DNA of 32,000 nucleotides. Source: Trichodesmium erythraeum IMS101 (GTDB lineage Bacteria > Cyanobacteriota > Cyanobacteriia > Cyanobacteriales > Microcoleaceae). A program made the position numbers and the translations under genes. Below, piece by piece: positions 9,790 to 20,198 of the stretch; the stretch's first letter is position 1; every line of letters starts with the position of its first letter. The notes under the pieces are model-generated. The model saw only the letters and a program-made list of their open reading frames with translations, had not been told where the DNA came from and ran no database searches. Location: NCBI RefSeq assembly GCF_000014265.1, contig NC_008312.1:4230001-4262000 (forward strand), written 5' to 3'.

Positions 9790-9992
9790 ATGATAGTTAG
9801 TCAAATACCAGGGACTTTCATTAGTCCCACTGTAACCCTGATTTTTTAGTCATTTTGTTTTCATCTCTGGTTTCAATACCCCTTTAGATATTAAATAAAA
9901 TTCTTAATTAGGGAATAGGGAACTAAGATTTAATGATCAATTAATCATGCTTTAATCCCACGCCAAAAGCAATAGCTGATCATATCTGCCGA

Positions 9993-11480
9993 ATGCTTAC
10001 CATAAAAAATTCTACTATGCCACTAATACCATCTTATTTAATACCTCTAATAATTATTTTAGTAATCATACCATCTTTTGTAGCTATCTTACTCAGGATG
10101 GTACTTTATTTTGACTTAGCAAATCAGGAAGATAAAGTTAAGAGACTTATTAGTCAGCAGTTAGTAAATAATAAGCCTAAATTTATCAAGTATTTAGAGG
10201 AGAGATTTGCTGATGCTAGTAGTAAACTAGAGCAAGTTAATACAGGAGCATTAATAGACCAAGTTTATAGTAGACAGCGATTATTAGGATTAGTTTCTTT
10301 AAGGCAAGTTGAATATTTTTGTAGAATTTTACCGAATCTACTTGTATCTTTTGGATTATTAGGTACTTTTGCTGGTATTACCATTAATTTAACATCTCTG
10401 AGCCAAACAATTAGTGATACTAATGCTACGGATGTTAGTAGTTTACTGAAGGAATTAGAAGTACCTTTAAAAGGTATGGGAATTGCTTTCGTTACGAGTT
10501 TAGTAGCAATATTATTTAGTGCTCTAGTTACATTAATTAATTTAATTTTTAATGCTAGTTTGGCAAAAACTAGACTAATCAGTTTACTAGAAGATTATTT
10601 AGATAATATTTACTTACAAACTATCCAAGGTCAAACTCAGCTTGACAAAGTAGTAAAAACTATTGCCTATTCTTTTGAAGAATTTTTAACAACATTTGGT
10701 CAAACAGTTAGAGTAGGAGTAGAGTCAGCTCTACAAGATAAAATTCAAGAAATTTATAATGCTAATGCTACTGCAAATAAATTAGCAGAACAGACTTTTG
10801 TAAGATTAGGAGAAGCTGCTGCTACTATTGCTAACAGTTCTCAGGATTTTCAGATAGCTTCCGATAAATTTCTAGAGGTCGCACAAATATTTGAACATAG
10901 TCAGTTTCCCCAAAGTTTAGCTAATTCTACAACGGAATTAGCTAATATTCAAAGTAATTTTTCTCAGTCAACTTCAACTCTAGCTGCTGCTGTTCAAGCA
11001 ATTGAAATAGTAGTAATTGAACTACAAGGATATAGTAAAAGACTAGCTAGGTTTGGAGAACAAATTAGTAATAATAATCAAACTTCATTAAGAATATTAG
11101 AATCTCATCAAAGTAATCAAAAATCTTTTTCTGAGGTGATTAGGCAACTACAGGAAGCATCACAAAGTTTCCATTTAGCTGTCGGTACTTTGGATACTTT
11201 ACAAAGAAGAGTAGTATCTAAAGCGGATAATCTAGAGGAAGTACAAATTCAAATCAAAATGTTAGTAGATACCTTCAATAATTCTACAGATGGTATTGGT
11301 GAGGGGATTAAATATTTAGGAGATCAAATAAATCAAAGTATAAGCACCCAAGCTAATCTTAATAATTCTCATTTAAGTGTTATTGCTACAAATTTACAGA
11401 AATATATTAATGAAATGAATGCAACTAAAAATAAAATTGATAGTTTGACACAAATTATTGATGGCTTAGCTAATCAATAG
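9993..11480 (+). CDS. MotA/ExbB/TolQ-family proton-channel-like membrane protein with long C-terminal helical tail (ZorA-like architecture)
   Basis: 495-aa ORF with three hydrophobic segments. These are LIPLIIILVIIPSFVAILLRMVLYF, LPNLLVSFGLLGTFAGITINL and GMGIAFVTSLVAILFSALVTLINLIF. The FGLLGTFAG and AFVTS..A...S motif pair matches the conserved last two TM helices of MotA/ExbB channels. About 300 C-terminal residues follow. They are rich in Q/N/S/A/L/I with almost no Pro or Gly, consistent with an extended helix or coiled coil. Confidence 0.65.
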   Translation: MLTIKNSTMPLIPSYLIPLIIILVIIPSFVAILLRMVLYFDLANQEDKVKRLISQQLVNNKPKFIKYLEERFADASSKLEQVNTGALIDQVYSRQRLLGLVSLRQVEYFCRILPNLLVSFGLLGTFAGITINLTSLSQTISDTNATDVSSLLKELEVPLKGMGIAFVTSLVAILFSALVTLINLIFNASLAKTRLISLLEDYLDNIYLQTIQGQTQLDKVVKTIAYSFEEFLTTFGQTVRVGVESALQDKIQEIYNANATANKLAEQTFVRLGEAAATIANSSQDFQIASDKFLEVAQIFEHSQFPQSLANSTTELANIQSNFSQSTSTLAAAVQAIEIVVIELQGYSKRLARFGEQISNNNQTSLRILESHQSNQKSFSEVIRQLQEASQSFHLAVGTLDTLQRRVVSKADNLEEVQIQIKMLVDTFNNSTDGIGEGIKYLGDQINQSISTQANLNNSHLSVIATNLQKYINEMNATKNKIDSLTQIIDGLANQ

Positions 11481-11743
11481 CTAAGTCAGTTATCAGTTAT
11501 TATTAGTAATCAAAATCTTATAAAAAACTAGCTATATTTTAATTCAAAACAACAATATTCTGTGATTTGTGAGATAGTTTCAAGTTTTAGGAAAGAGGTA
11601 AAAAAAAGTTCAATTATCACACTTAATTTCTGATAGTTATATTTCCTGACAACTTTATCCTGAATAATAGTTTTTTTTAGTGTCTATACTATACTTCTTA
11701 TTCCCTATTCTTTCTTTGTTATATTTTAATTTCTAATTTAATT

Positions 11744-12589
11744 ATGCGTCATCGTTCACGAATTATTGAGGATAACCGGGAGCTAGAAATTTGGCCAGCT
11801 TTTACAGATTTAATGTCTAATTCTTTTATGATATTAAGTTTGTTATTACTCTTAGCTATTATTAAATCTCTGTTCATAGAATCAATTTCTGATGCCAACC
11901 AAAATCGCGCTATGAAACTTCAACAAAAGGTTAATAATTTACAAAGTCAACTGCAACAAAAGAGAAATGAAGTGATAGGTTTACAAGGAACAGTTGGAAA
12001 TTTACAAAACCAAGTTACACAACTTCAAGGTAAATTAACTACTTCTAAAAAAGAGTTAGAGCAAAAATCAAATAGGGTGACAGAGTTAGTAATAGAAATC
12101 GACAAGTTAAATTCTCCACCTGTGATAGTAATTAGAGATTTAAAATCTCGGAGATTTGAGTCAGGAAGTGCCAAAATATCAGGAAAATTAAAAGGTTTTA
12201 TAGAGTCAGATTTAGTTAAGCAAATTGAGAATTTTGCTAAAGAATACCAGGGTTATATTGTTGAAGTAATTGGTCATACTGATGGTCAAATAAATCAAGG
12301 AAGTGTTAGTAATTTAGATACCCAGTTAGAACAGGTTACTAAGGGTAATGGATCTGTTAGTATTTTGGCAGCAGGATCGAATGCAGATTTAGGTTTAATG
12401 CGAGCTTTAGCAGTAGTACAAAAACTCCAAAACAATTCTCGCCTGCAAGAGTTGGGTTTACAATTTAGAGCTTATTCTGCTGCACAATTATATAATTCTA
12501 CTGGAGATTATGCTGAGGTAAATAGAAATCCTGATCAGAGTCGGCGAAGGATAGAAGTTCGTTTTACTCCTAGTGCAGTGGAGAGATAG
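11744..12589 (+). CDS. MotB/ZorB-like protein: N-terminal TM helix with conserved Asp, coiled-coil linker, C-terminal OmpA-like peptidoglycan-binding domain
   Basis: 281-aa ORF. WPAFTDLMSNSFMILSLLLLLAI is the MotB/ExbD-type plug-TM motif, with Asp22 at the position of the proton-carrying Asp. Residues about 50-122 are heptad-like (LQQKVNNLQSQLQQKRNEVIGLQGTVGNLQNQVTQLQGKL). The OmpA-like motifs are RFESGSAKIS, VIGHTDGQ, LGLMRALAV and SRRRIEVRF. Confidence 0.75.
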   Translation: MRHRSRIIEDNRELEIWPAFTDLMSNSFMILSLLLLLAIIKSLFIESISDANQNRAMKLQQKVNNLQSQLQQKRNEVIGLQGTVGNLQNQVTQLQGKLTTSKKELEQKSNRVTELVIEIDKLNSPPVIVIRDLKSRRFESGSAKISGKLKGFIESDLVKQIENFAKEYQGYIVEVIGHTDGQINQGSVSNLDTQLEQVTKGNGSVSILAAGSNADLGLMRALAVVQKLQNNSRLQELGLQFRAYSAAQLYNSTGDYAEVNRNPDQSRRRIEVRFTPSAVER

Positions 12590-13099
12590 TATAATACCAT
12601 TGATCAAAAACTTTTCAACTTGACTACTGAGTGGGAGAGTAGGGGTAGACACCTTGTATACATCTGACTTATAACTAAAAATTTTATTCTATTTGTATTA
12701 ATTATTTAATAACTGAAGTTTGAGAAAAAGTTAGCATTAATGCATCGTAACTTATCTAAGTAAATTTAGAAACAGCGAACTTAAAAACCAAAAGTAATAT
12801 CTGAGAAAAAAATTAGTTATCCTACCTCTTTTAACTAACCTCTTTGCACGTACTTATTAATATCCAAATTGCTAAAGGAGATAACTTATGCGTTTAGAAA
12901 TTAATCAAAATTTCGGAATAGTAAATGTATTTAAAAATTAATTAAAATAAGTTTTTTTAGATTCCCTATCTTTATTGCTTTTCTTGCTCTCTATTCCTAT
13001 ATATCCCCACCTTCGTGCTCAAAAAAAGGGTTTAAGAAGTTCCCTATAATGGGTAGGAATAAAACCAGAAGTACTATAATAGTGATAACTGAAATGACT

Positions 13100-13852
13100 A
13101 TGGCAAAACACAAACGAGTGTTAATTCTAGGTGGTATTGGGGATAGCTTGAAGCTAACATCTTTAGCCTCTACTATACCAGGGTTAGAGGTAATAAGCTC
13201 TCTTGCGGGTCGTACTAGTAAATCAGTTATGCTCTTCAAATGTACACGAATTGGCGGTTTTGGTGGTGTGTCTGGTTTGAAAGACTATTTAAGAGAACAA
13301 AAAATAGATTTGTTAATTGACGCAACCCACCCTTTTGCATCCAAAATTTCCTGGAATGCAGCGATCGCCACTTCACAACTAAATATTCCTCATTTAATGT
13401 TAGTCCGTCCTGCTTGGAAAAAAATTGAAGGCGATCGCTGGCTAGAGGTGAAAAGTAATAAATTTGCTGCCAAAGTTTTACCAGAATTAGGATCACGAAT
13501 ATTTCTAAGTATTGGTAGACAAGAACTAGCAAGTTATGCTCACCTTAAAGACCTCTGGTTTCTGATGCGGATAATTGAACCACTCCAACCACATACCTCA
13601 GTACCCCCTGGAAAAATATTGACTGAGCGGGGACCTTTTTCTCTGGAAGAGGAGCGATCGCTGTTGCAAAAGTATAAAATTGGAACACTAGTCAGTAAAA
13701 ATAGTGGTGGTGATGCTACTTACCCGAAGGTTATTGCTGCAAGAGAACTAAGTATTCCAGTAGTAATGATACAGCGTCCGCCTCTTCCTGAAGGAGAGCA
13801 GGTCAGTGATGTAGAAAGTGCAGTTTCTTGGCTCAGAAATTATAATAATTAG
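13100..13852 (+). CDS. cobK: Precorrin-6A / cobalt-precorrin-6A reductase
   Basis: This is the track ORF 13049..13852. The likely start is 13100 (MAKHKRVLILGG), or possibly 13094. Motifs RVLILGGIGD, LLIDATHPFA and SKNSGG are typical of CobK/CbiJ. Confidence 0.85.
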   Translation: MAKHKRVLILGGIGDSLKLTSLASTIPGLEVISSLAGRTSKSVMLFKCTRIGGFGGVSGLKDYLREQKIDLLIDATHPFASKISWNAAIATSQLNIPHLMLVRPAWKKIEGDRWLEVKSNKFAAKVLPELGSRIFLSIGRQELASYAHLKDLWFLMRIIEPLQPHTSVPPGKILTERGPFSLEEERSLLQKYKIGTLVSKNSGGDATYPKVIAARELSIPVVMIQRPPLPEGEQVSDVESAVSWLRNYNN

Positions 13853-15028
13853 TTAGGGTTTGCTGAAAAAGTTAAAGAAAGAAGGCACCTTTGTGGGAAA
13901 TAGTTGGAAATAGTTGTACCCTACATTCTTTATCAAGGCATTAGTGAATTAGGGTATAATTTGAGTTCATAGCGATCGCCGTAAATATCTATAAGGAACT
14001 GAAAAATCCAAAAATTTTAGATAATGAATAATTAAGGGAATTAAATGCTTTAACATCTCTAGAGATTTTGAGTAGCAAATAGTCCTTCGATGATGTAATC
14101 TTGATAGAGTTGTCACTAAATAGATGGAAAAAATTTTCAACTTTAGATACAGCAGTAGTTAGAGAAATTATGATTAATAAAAAGCTAAAATTCTTACATA
14201 ATTTTGGTTTGCCCAAAAGTTTTTTTGAGTTATAAAGATACAAAATTAATATTAAGCTATTAACAATTTTAGTAAAACAATAAATTTTTTTTTCCTTTCC
14301 AAAAACCAACTAATTAGAATAAAATTTAGTAAAACTGCTGGTGTCCTTAAAATACAAGTTTTGAAGTACTTAATTCCTGATACTTCATGCTTTGCTAAGG
14401 CTACCTAAAATTGCTAATCCAAGTTTTTAGATGAGATATTGCAAAAGTACAATTACTAATCTAATGGGTAAAGCGATCGCTCCACTGTACAAATTTACAA
14501 GCATTATATATTTATTATTCTTTTGCCCCAAAGCTTCCTAAGTGGTATAATTTGTAATTATCAGCAAAAATTTTAAAATTCCATACAGATAGTGAAATAA
14601 AATAATCACTCAAACTACTGCTGCTAAATATCGAAGGTTGCTTAAATCACATAGAAAGGCACTATACACAATACATAAACCCACCAAGAGAAGCATCATA
14701 TTCGGAAAAACACTTTACTAAAAAGTTTGTAAAAGGGAGGGTTTAACACTTTGATACTGAGATAGTAAGTCAAGTTTATAGATTCTTGTAGATTAGTTAA
14801 GTTTAGCTGTAGAAACTATTTGGTGTCTTTGTATGCAACGTAGCTTTTTGGCGAAGAAGTCAGGATATCCAGAAATAGAATAGGTAAAAAGAAAAGACTA
14901 GAAACATCTCCCTATCCTTTTGGGAATAAAAAAAGAGCAAGATTTTGAGTTGCTAAAGCTCATATATATTATTGTTTTGAGCAGAACCCAACCTCCCCAC
15001 CTTCTGTTTTTTTTGAGAACCCTACTTA

Positions 15029-15688
15029 TTATTTATTTTGTGATCTGCGTTCATCCAACTTCCGATATACATCCCGTAACTCAACATTATGGTAAGCTAG
15101 AGTAACTAAAGTATGGTAAAACAAATCCGCCACTTCTGCAGCGATCGACTCTTTATGATCATCCTTGCAAGCCATTACCACTTCTGCGGACTCTTCCCCT
15201 ATTTTTTTGAGAATTTTATTATCTCCTCCAGCAAACAATTGGCAAGTATAAGAACCTTCTTGTGGATGGTCTCGGCGATCCCTAATCACATCAAAAAGCT
15301 GAGACAAGATATCCGCCGGTGGTGGAACAACCTTCCCATCCACAAGATGAAAACAACTCCTTTCCCCCATATGACAAGCAATATTTCCCACCTGTTCCAC
15401 TCCCACTAATAAAGTATCACTATCACAGTCATAGCGCAGCCACCTAATATTTTGAAAATGACCAGAAGTTTTACCCTTATGCCAAAACTCTTGCCGAGAA
15501 CGACTCCAAAAGCAAGTTTGCCCAGTTTCTAGAGTTTTTTGTAATGATTCTTGGTTCATCCAGGCCATCATTAACACCGTACCATCTAAATAATCCTGAA
15601 TAATAGCGGGTACAAGTCCTTGTTCATTGTAACGAACCTGCTTCACTGGAATTGATTCACTTAAAACTACTGCTTGGGAGTTAGACAT
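15029..15688 (-). CDS. hisIE: Bifunctional phosphoribosyl-AMP cyclohydrolase / phosphoribosyl-ATP diphosphatase
   Basis: 219-aa ORF. The HisI part contains [51 protein letters not shown] and [10 protein letters not shown]. The HisE part contains [19 protein letters not shown] and [11 protein letters not shown]. Confidence 0.92.
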   Translation of the reverse strand: MSNSQAVVLSESIPVKQVRYNEQGLVPAIIQDYLDGTVLMMAWMNQESLQKTLETGQTCFWSRSRQEFWHKGKTSGHFQNIRWLRYDCDSDTLLVGVEQVGNIACHMGERSCFHLVDGKVVPPPADILSQLFDVIRDRRDHPQEGSYTCQLFAGGDNKILKKIGEESAEVVMACKDDHKESIAAEVADLFYHTLVTLAYHNVELRDVYRKLDERRSQNK

Positions 15689-15972
15689 TATGTGTCCTCA
15701 AAAATTAGTTTACACAAATTTTAGTATATTTTTCAGGTATTTTTTTAATGTTTAATCTTCAATTTTAATTTACTTTTACTTTTTTTTTCATATATATCAT
15801 AGAATAGATAAATTATCAAAAATTAACTTCATAATTCTCCATAATTTACTGTAAACATACATCCACTGCAATGCTAAAATTAGCCAGATTTCATAGATAT
15901 AACTTTATATTAATTTGGTGATCATGCAAAAATCCCCCTATTGGGATTGAAATAAACACAAGGAGACTAAAA

Positions 15973-17271
15973 TTGGTAGTTACTACACTCAATACCACTA
16001 AATCCGAAGAAATTTTTGCAGCAGCCCAAAAACTCATGCCAGGCGGAGTTAGTTCTCCAGTCAGAGCATTCAAGTCTGTTGGTGGTCAACCTATAGTATT
16101 TGATAGAGTTCAGGGAGCTTACATTTGGGACGTTGATGGCAACCAATATATTGACTATGTTGGTACTTGGGGACCTGCTATTTGTGGTCATGCTCATCCA
16201 GAAGTATTAAATGGTCTGAAAGAAGTTTTGGAAAAAGGTACAAGTTTCGGTGCCCCCTGTGCTTTAGAAAATACTCTCGCTAAAATGGTTATTGATGCTG
16301 TACCTAGCATTGAGATGATCCGCTTTGTCAATTCTGGAACAGAAGCTTGTATGGCAGTACTCCGTTTAATGCGAGCCTTTACAGGTAGAGATAAAGTAAT
16401 TAAATTTGAAGGTTGTTATCATGGCCACGCCGATATGTTTCTTGTCAAAGCTGGCTCTGGTGTAGCAACCCTGGGTCTACCAGATTCTCCCGGAGTGCCT
16501 AAGCATGTAACTAAGAATACTTTAACTGCTCCTTACAACGATTTGGAGACAGTTAAAAAATTGTTTGAGGAAAACCCTGACCAAATTTCTGGTGTTATCC
16601 TGGAACCCGTGGTTGGGAACTCTGGATTTATTGTCCCAGATGCAGGATTTTTGGAAGGGCTACGGATGATTACAAAGGAAAACGGTGCATTACTTGTGTT
16701 TGATGAAGTAATGACTGGTTTTCGTATTGCTTATGGTGGTGCTCAGGAAAAATTTAACGTTACTCCAGACTTAACAACTTTAGGCAAAATTATTGGTGGT
16801 GGTCTACCTGTAGGAGCTTATGGCGGTCGTCAGGATATTATGTCGATGGTTGCTCCAGCAGGTCCGATGTATCAGGCTGGTACTCTTTCTGGTAATCCCT
16901 TAGCTATGACTGCTGGTATTAAGACTCTGGAACTCCTAAAGAAACCAGGTACTTATGATCAGCTGAATAAGATTACTAAAAGACTTGCTGATGGGTTATT
17001 GAATATTGCTAAAGAAACTAATAATGATATTTGGGGTGGGCATATTAGTGCAATGTTTGGTATCTTTTTCAATAAAGGACCTGTTCACAATTATGATGAT
17101 GCGAAAAAGTCTGATTTGACCAAATTTAGCAAGTTCCACCGAGGAATGTTGGAGCATGGAATTTATTTAGCTCCTTCTCAGTTTGAAGCAGGGTTTACTT
17201 CTTTAGCCCATACAGAGGAGGATATTGATCGGACTTTGGCTACGGCAAAAAAAGTTATGTCTAGTCTTTGA
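15973..17271 (+). CDS. hemL: Glutamate-1-semialdehyde 2,1-aminomutase
   Basis: 432-aa ORF with a TTG start at 15973, preceded by aggaga (15961-15966). Motifs are [32 protein letters not shown] and the PLP-lysine context [17 protein letters not shown]. Confidence 0.95.
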   Translation: MVVTTLNTTKSEEIFAAAQKLMPGGVSSPVRAFKSVGGQPIVFDRVQGAYIWDVDGNQYIDYVGTWGPAICGHAHPEVLNGLKEVLEKGTSFGAPCALENTLAKMVIDAVPSIEMIRFVNSGTEACMAVLRLMRAFTGRDKVIKFEGCYHGHADMFLVKAGSGVATLGLPDSPGVPKHVTKNTLTAPYNDLETVKKLFEENPDQISGVILEPVVGNSGFIVPDAGFLEGLRMITKENGALLVFDEVMTGFRIAYGGAQEKFNVTPDLTTLGKIIGGGLPVGAYGGRQDIMSMVAPAGPMYQAGTLSGNPLAMTAGIKTLELLKKPGTYDQLNKITKRLADGLLNIAKETNNDIWGGHISAMFGIFFNKGPVHNYDDAKKSDLTKFSKFHRGMLEHGIYLAPSQFEAGFTSLAHTEEDIDRTLATAKKVMSSL

Positions 17272-18053
17272 AATACTTTAGACCTTGCGCTTACAAAGGC
17301 AAAGCAAAATCCTTCAGTATACGAAACCCTGCCGGCAATTTTGAAGTTAAGCAATTTTCTCCCTCTCTCTTGTGTATTGGTAGTAAATTCTACTCACCCT
17401 TTTGGTCTTCTCCCACCGAGAGGATGGGGGTACTTAGGACTGGGTAAGTTATATCCCCTGTCTAGTTCCTGTCCAAAATTACTATACTACAGGAATGCCA
17501 GGGTTCATATCAGCTTTTAGAGACTTTACTCAAATATTTCCAACAATATTGAGATGTACCTTTTGGTTTAAATTTGATAACTTGCTTACTTAATTTACTC
17601 CCCACATACTCTAAAAACTTAATTAGTATAAAGATAGTCATTTCAAATAAGAATAAAACACTTTTTTATCTGAAACACTTTCACAGTAACAAAGCCTTGT
17701 CTGAATCTTAACTGAAATGACTATAATTGCTGCATCTTTTGACATTCTCCTAGGCTGTTAGGCAGTTGGGGAGTTCTGCCGATCCTAAGCTTTTGATGGG
17801 ATAGCTAAAAGAATTATCGTTAATTATAGTTATTAAAGTTCTCTTATGTCCTAATTAGGCTATTGTAGCGTCAGTAAAAGTGCATAGAAAATCTCAGATA
17901 GCTTCTCACAGATAATATATAAGACAAGGCTTTCCCTAATAAAGCTCTTCTAAAAGGGGAGCACCGAACTTCCCAGGAGAGTTAAAAACTATTTGCTACA
18001 CTTCAATTGGAGTTCTTTTAGCTTATATTTTACTTTATATACTAACCAAAAAA

Positions 18054-19226
18054 ATGTTTCGCAGAATTTGGCAATGGCTGAAAAGTTTATGGGGAAACTT
18101 TTTGGGGTTATTCTCCCGACCTCAAATAAAACCAACAGACCCTAAACCACTCTCTGAGTCTCTCCCACCTTTAACAGATACAGATTATGATTTTCTCTTT
18201 GGTCAACTATTAGAAGGTATTGCCCAAGGTTGGTACCCTGAAAGAGTAAAGAATTTTTTCGATGACTTGGGGGAGCGAGGCAAAGCTGAATCTTGGCTTG
18301 AATGGCTACAACGTTTTGGAAAAAGATTATTAGCATCCCCCAAACCTAATGATGAGTTAGCTCAGAGAATGGTTAGGTTTGCTCACTTGACTCAAACGCT
18401 TCCTTCTCTGCATACTCTGGGAGATCTGGCTAATAATATTGGAACTGAACTTTTAAGTCGGGATAATAGTGGAGCAATTTGGGAGTATGATGGGCCTGAT
18501 TCTAATTTCTCCCCTCCTCCCCAAGCATCTTTAGGAGAAAATCAAGAAAATGAAGATTTGGAAAATTTAGTAGTTAAGCTTCAGGAAAATCCTAATTTAT
18601 TAGCTACTGTTGCTCAACAATTGGGGATACAGACAAGTGACCCAAGAGTAGTTATTCAGGCAATGGTTAGTGAGCTTGGTGTGGGAGTGGAAATTCAGCA
18701 GTCTGCCGAGCAAAATTCGGAAATATGGGCTAAGTTGGGTTTAGAGCAAGCAAAAGCTGGTGATTTTGCGGGAGCAGTTGATAGCTGGGAAAGTGCTTTG
18801 GTTTTGAAGCCTGATTATCATCAAGTTTGGTACAATCGAGGTAAGGCATTAGTACAGTTAGGAAGATATGAGTCGGCGATAACCAGCCATGACAAGGCTT
18901 TAGAAATTAAGTCTGATGACTATTTGGCTTGGAATAACCGTGGGGAAGCTTTGGGAAAATTGGAGAGATGGGAAGAGGCGATCACTAGTTGTGACAAAGC
19001 TTTAGAAATTAATTCTGATTATTATTTGGCTTGGTACAATAAGGCTAATTTTTTGGTTAGTTTAGGAAATTTGACACAGGCAGTTAATTGTTATGACAAA
19101 GCTTTAGAAATTAAGCCTAATTTTTATGACGGTTGGTATGAGCGAGGGAATGTTTTCAAAGATTTGGGTTTAATGGCAGAGGCTTATGAAAGTTGGGAAA
19201 AGGCAGGGGAAATTCAACCAGAGTAA
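18054..19226 (+). CDS. TPR-repeat protein with an uncharacterised N-terminal half
   Basis: 390-aa ORF. Residues about 215-390 contain five consecutive 34-aa TPR units. Each ends in a variant of A(I/V)xxxDKALE(I/L)K/NxDY and is followed by WYNRG, WNNRG or WYNKA. Confidence 0.8.
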   Translation: MFRRIWQWLKSLWGNFLGLFSRPQIKPTDPKPLSESLPPLTDTDYDFLFGQLLEGIAQGWYPERVKNFFDDLGERGKAESWLEWLQRFGKRLLASPKPNDELAQRMVRFAHLTQTLPSLHTLGDLANNIGTELLSRDNSGAIWEYDGPDSNFSPPPQASLGENQENEDLENLVVKLQENPNLLATVAQQLGIQTSDPRVVIQAMVSELGVGVEIQQSAEQNSEIWAKLGLEQAKAGDFAGAVDSWESALVLKPDYHQVWYNRGKALVQLGRYESAITSHDKALEIKSDDYLAWNNRGEALGKLERWEEAITSCDKALEINSDYYLAWYNKANFLVSLGNLTQAVNCYDKALEIKPNFYDGWYERGNVFKDLGLMAEAYESWEKAGEIQPE

Positions 19227-19606
19227 GTTATCGTGATATTTTTTACCTTTTGTTCCAATTTAATTTATAACTTAAAAAGGTCACCAAACTTTTACCTATT
19301 GCTTTTTCCATATAAGTCATCAGCATAGTCACTAACCCTTATTAAAGATTTTCATTATAATTAAATATTAACTTTCCCCCTCTCAAAATATTTGCAGTTC
19401 TCCGAAAGTTTATCGTAGTGCTACATAGTTATAGTAATTGTAGATGTGGATGATAAAAACATAGTAAGGGAGCAATATACTCCCATTTCATCCCTTAACC
19501 ACAATAATTACAATAGACCACCAAGTTGACTCTGGTTAGATATTTCAAATAATAAAAAATAAAACAAATTATCGCTCATAAATCATCAAATTTTTTCCGT
19601 TACCCT

Positions 19607-19634
19607 GTAGGGACATTCCATAAAACGTCCCTAC
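19607..19634 (-). terminator. Hairpin 25 nt downstream of the yajQ stop (GTAGGGAC-12 nt loop-GTCCCTAC); possible terminator or dispersed hairpin repeat
   Basis: gtagggac (19607-19614) is perfectly complementary to gtccctac (19627-19634). No U-run follows directly on the minus strand, so terminator function is uncertain. Confidence 0.3.
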
Positions 19635-19659
19635 CTGCAACCTACTCCTTCTTTTCTAC

Positions 19660-20151
19660 TCAACGATAGTTAGTAAATTGCAATGGCATGGGAAAATCTT
19701 CTGCTTTTAATCTTTGCATTACTGCTTGTAATTCATCTTTAGACTTAGCAGAAACTCTAACGGCATCACCTTGAATAGATGATTGAACTTTTTTAAATTC
19801 ATCCTTAATCAACTTAGTAATTTTTTTAGCATTTTCTTGGCTAATGCCTTTTTGTAATTTAACTTCTTGCCTAACTCTATTGCCACTAGCAGATTCGACT
19901 TTACCAAAATCAAATATTTTTAAAGATAAATTCCGTTTAGCTGCTTTAGTTTGTAACACAGTATGAACCGCATCTAAACTAAATTGACTACTAGTATTAA
20001 TCGTAATTGTATCTTCGCCTAATTCTAATGATGTATTAGAATCTTTCAAGTCGTAGCGAGCTTTAATTTCTCGCTCTGCTTGGTCTATAGCATTAACTAA
20101 TTCTTGCCTATCAAAATCGCTGACTATATCAAATGATGATGTAGATGCCAT
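19660..20151 (-). CDS. yajQ: YajQ-family nucleotide / cyclic-di-GMP-binding protein (UPF0234)
   Basis: 163-aa ORF of typical length. The family N-terminus is [34 protein letters not shown] and the C-terminus is [15 protein letters not shown]...LQFTNYR. Confidence 0.85.
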   Translation of the reverse strand: MASTSSFDIVSDFDRQELVNAIDQAEREIKARYDLKDSNTSLELGEDTITINTSSQFSLDAVHTVLQTKAAKRNLSLKIFDFGKVESASGNRVRQEVKLQKGISQENAKKITKLIKDEFKKVQSSIQGDAVRVSAKSKDELQAVMQRLKAEDFPMPLQFTNYR

Positions 20152-20198
20152 AATTTTTTCATCTATTATTTTGATTTTACCTAATAAAACAAGGTTTA

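Noticed and set aside
12888-12941. 17-codon micro-ORF (MRLEINQNFGIVNVFKN) with a strong aaggag 7 nt upstream, about 160 nt upstream of cobK; considered as a leader peptide
   Set aside because: There is no attenuator-like alternative hairpin, no codon bias related to the pathway, and no way to test conservation here. It is too short to support.
12590-13099. Looked for a cobalamin riboswitch upstream of cobK
   Set aside because: I could not find the B12-box or the conserved GCCACTG-type core. The region is AT-rich with no convincing multi-stem structure.
12997-13532. Two minus-strand ORFs (12997..13239 and 13236..13532)
   Set aside because: Both are antisense to cobK, which has clear family motifs. 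These are shadow ORFs.
13989-14309. 106-aa minus-strand ORF in the cobK-hisIE spacer
   Set aside because: The translation is extremely AT-rich and dominated by K/I/L/S/F/N, which is typical of a random open frame in AT-rich DNA. It has no motif and no start-site signal.
14610-14699. 29-aa hydrophobic minus-strand micro-ORF (MMLLLVGLCIVYSAFLCDLSNLRYLAAVV); considered as a small membrane protein
   Set aside because: It has no Shine-Dalgarno sequence, matches no small photosystem or cytochrome subunit I know, and lies in a long AT-rich spacer.
12590-15028. Searched both flanks of the MotA/MotB-like pair for ZorC/ZorD/ZorE-like effector genes (large helicase or nuclease ORFs)
   Set aside because: None is present. 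Downstream is cobK followed by 1.2 kb without credible ORFs, and upstream are only the LuxR gene and a 97-aa ORF. A complete canonical Zorya system therefore cannot be claimed.
14920-15409. Plus-strand ORFs 14920..15105 and 15113..15409
   Set aside because: They overlap or run antisense to hisIE, which is unambiguous.
15891-16197. Minus-strand ORFs 15891..16073 and 15967..16197
   Set aside because: They are antisense to the hemL 5-prime end and are shadow ORFs.
17323-17506. Possible inverted repeat (gaaaccctgccggcaatt versus aatgccagggttc) in the hemL-TPR spacer; considered as a MITE or structured RNA
   Set aside because: The pairing needs several gaps and mismatches. It is not distinguishable from chance by eye.
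18142-18336. 64-aa minus-strand ORF
   Set aside because: It is antisense to the TPR protein gene.
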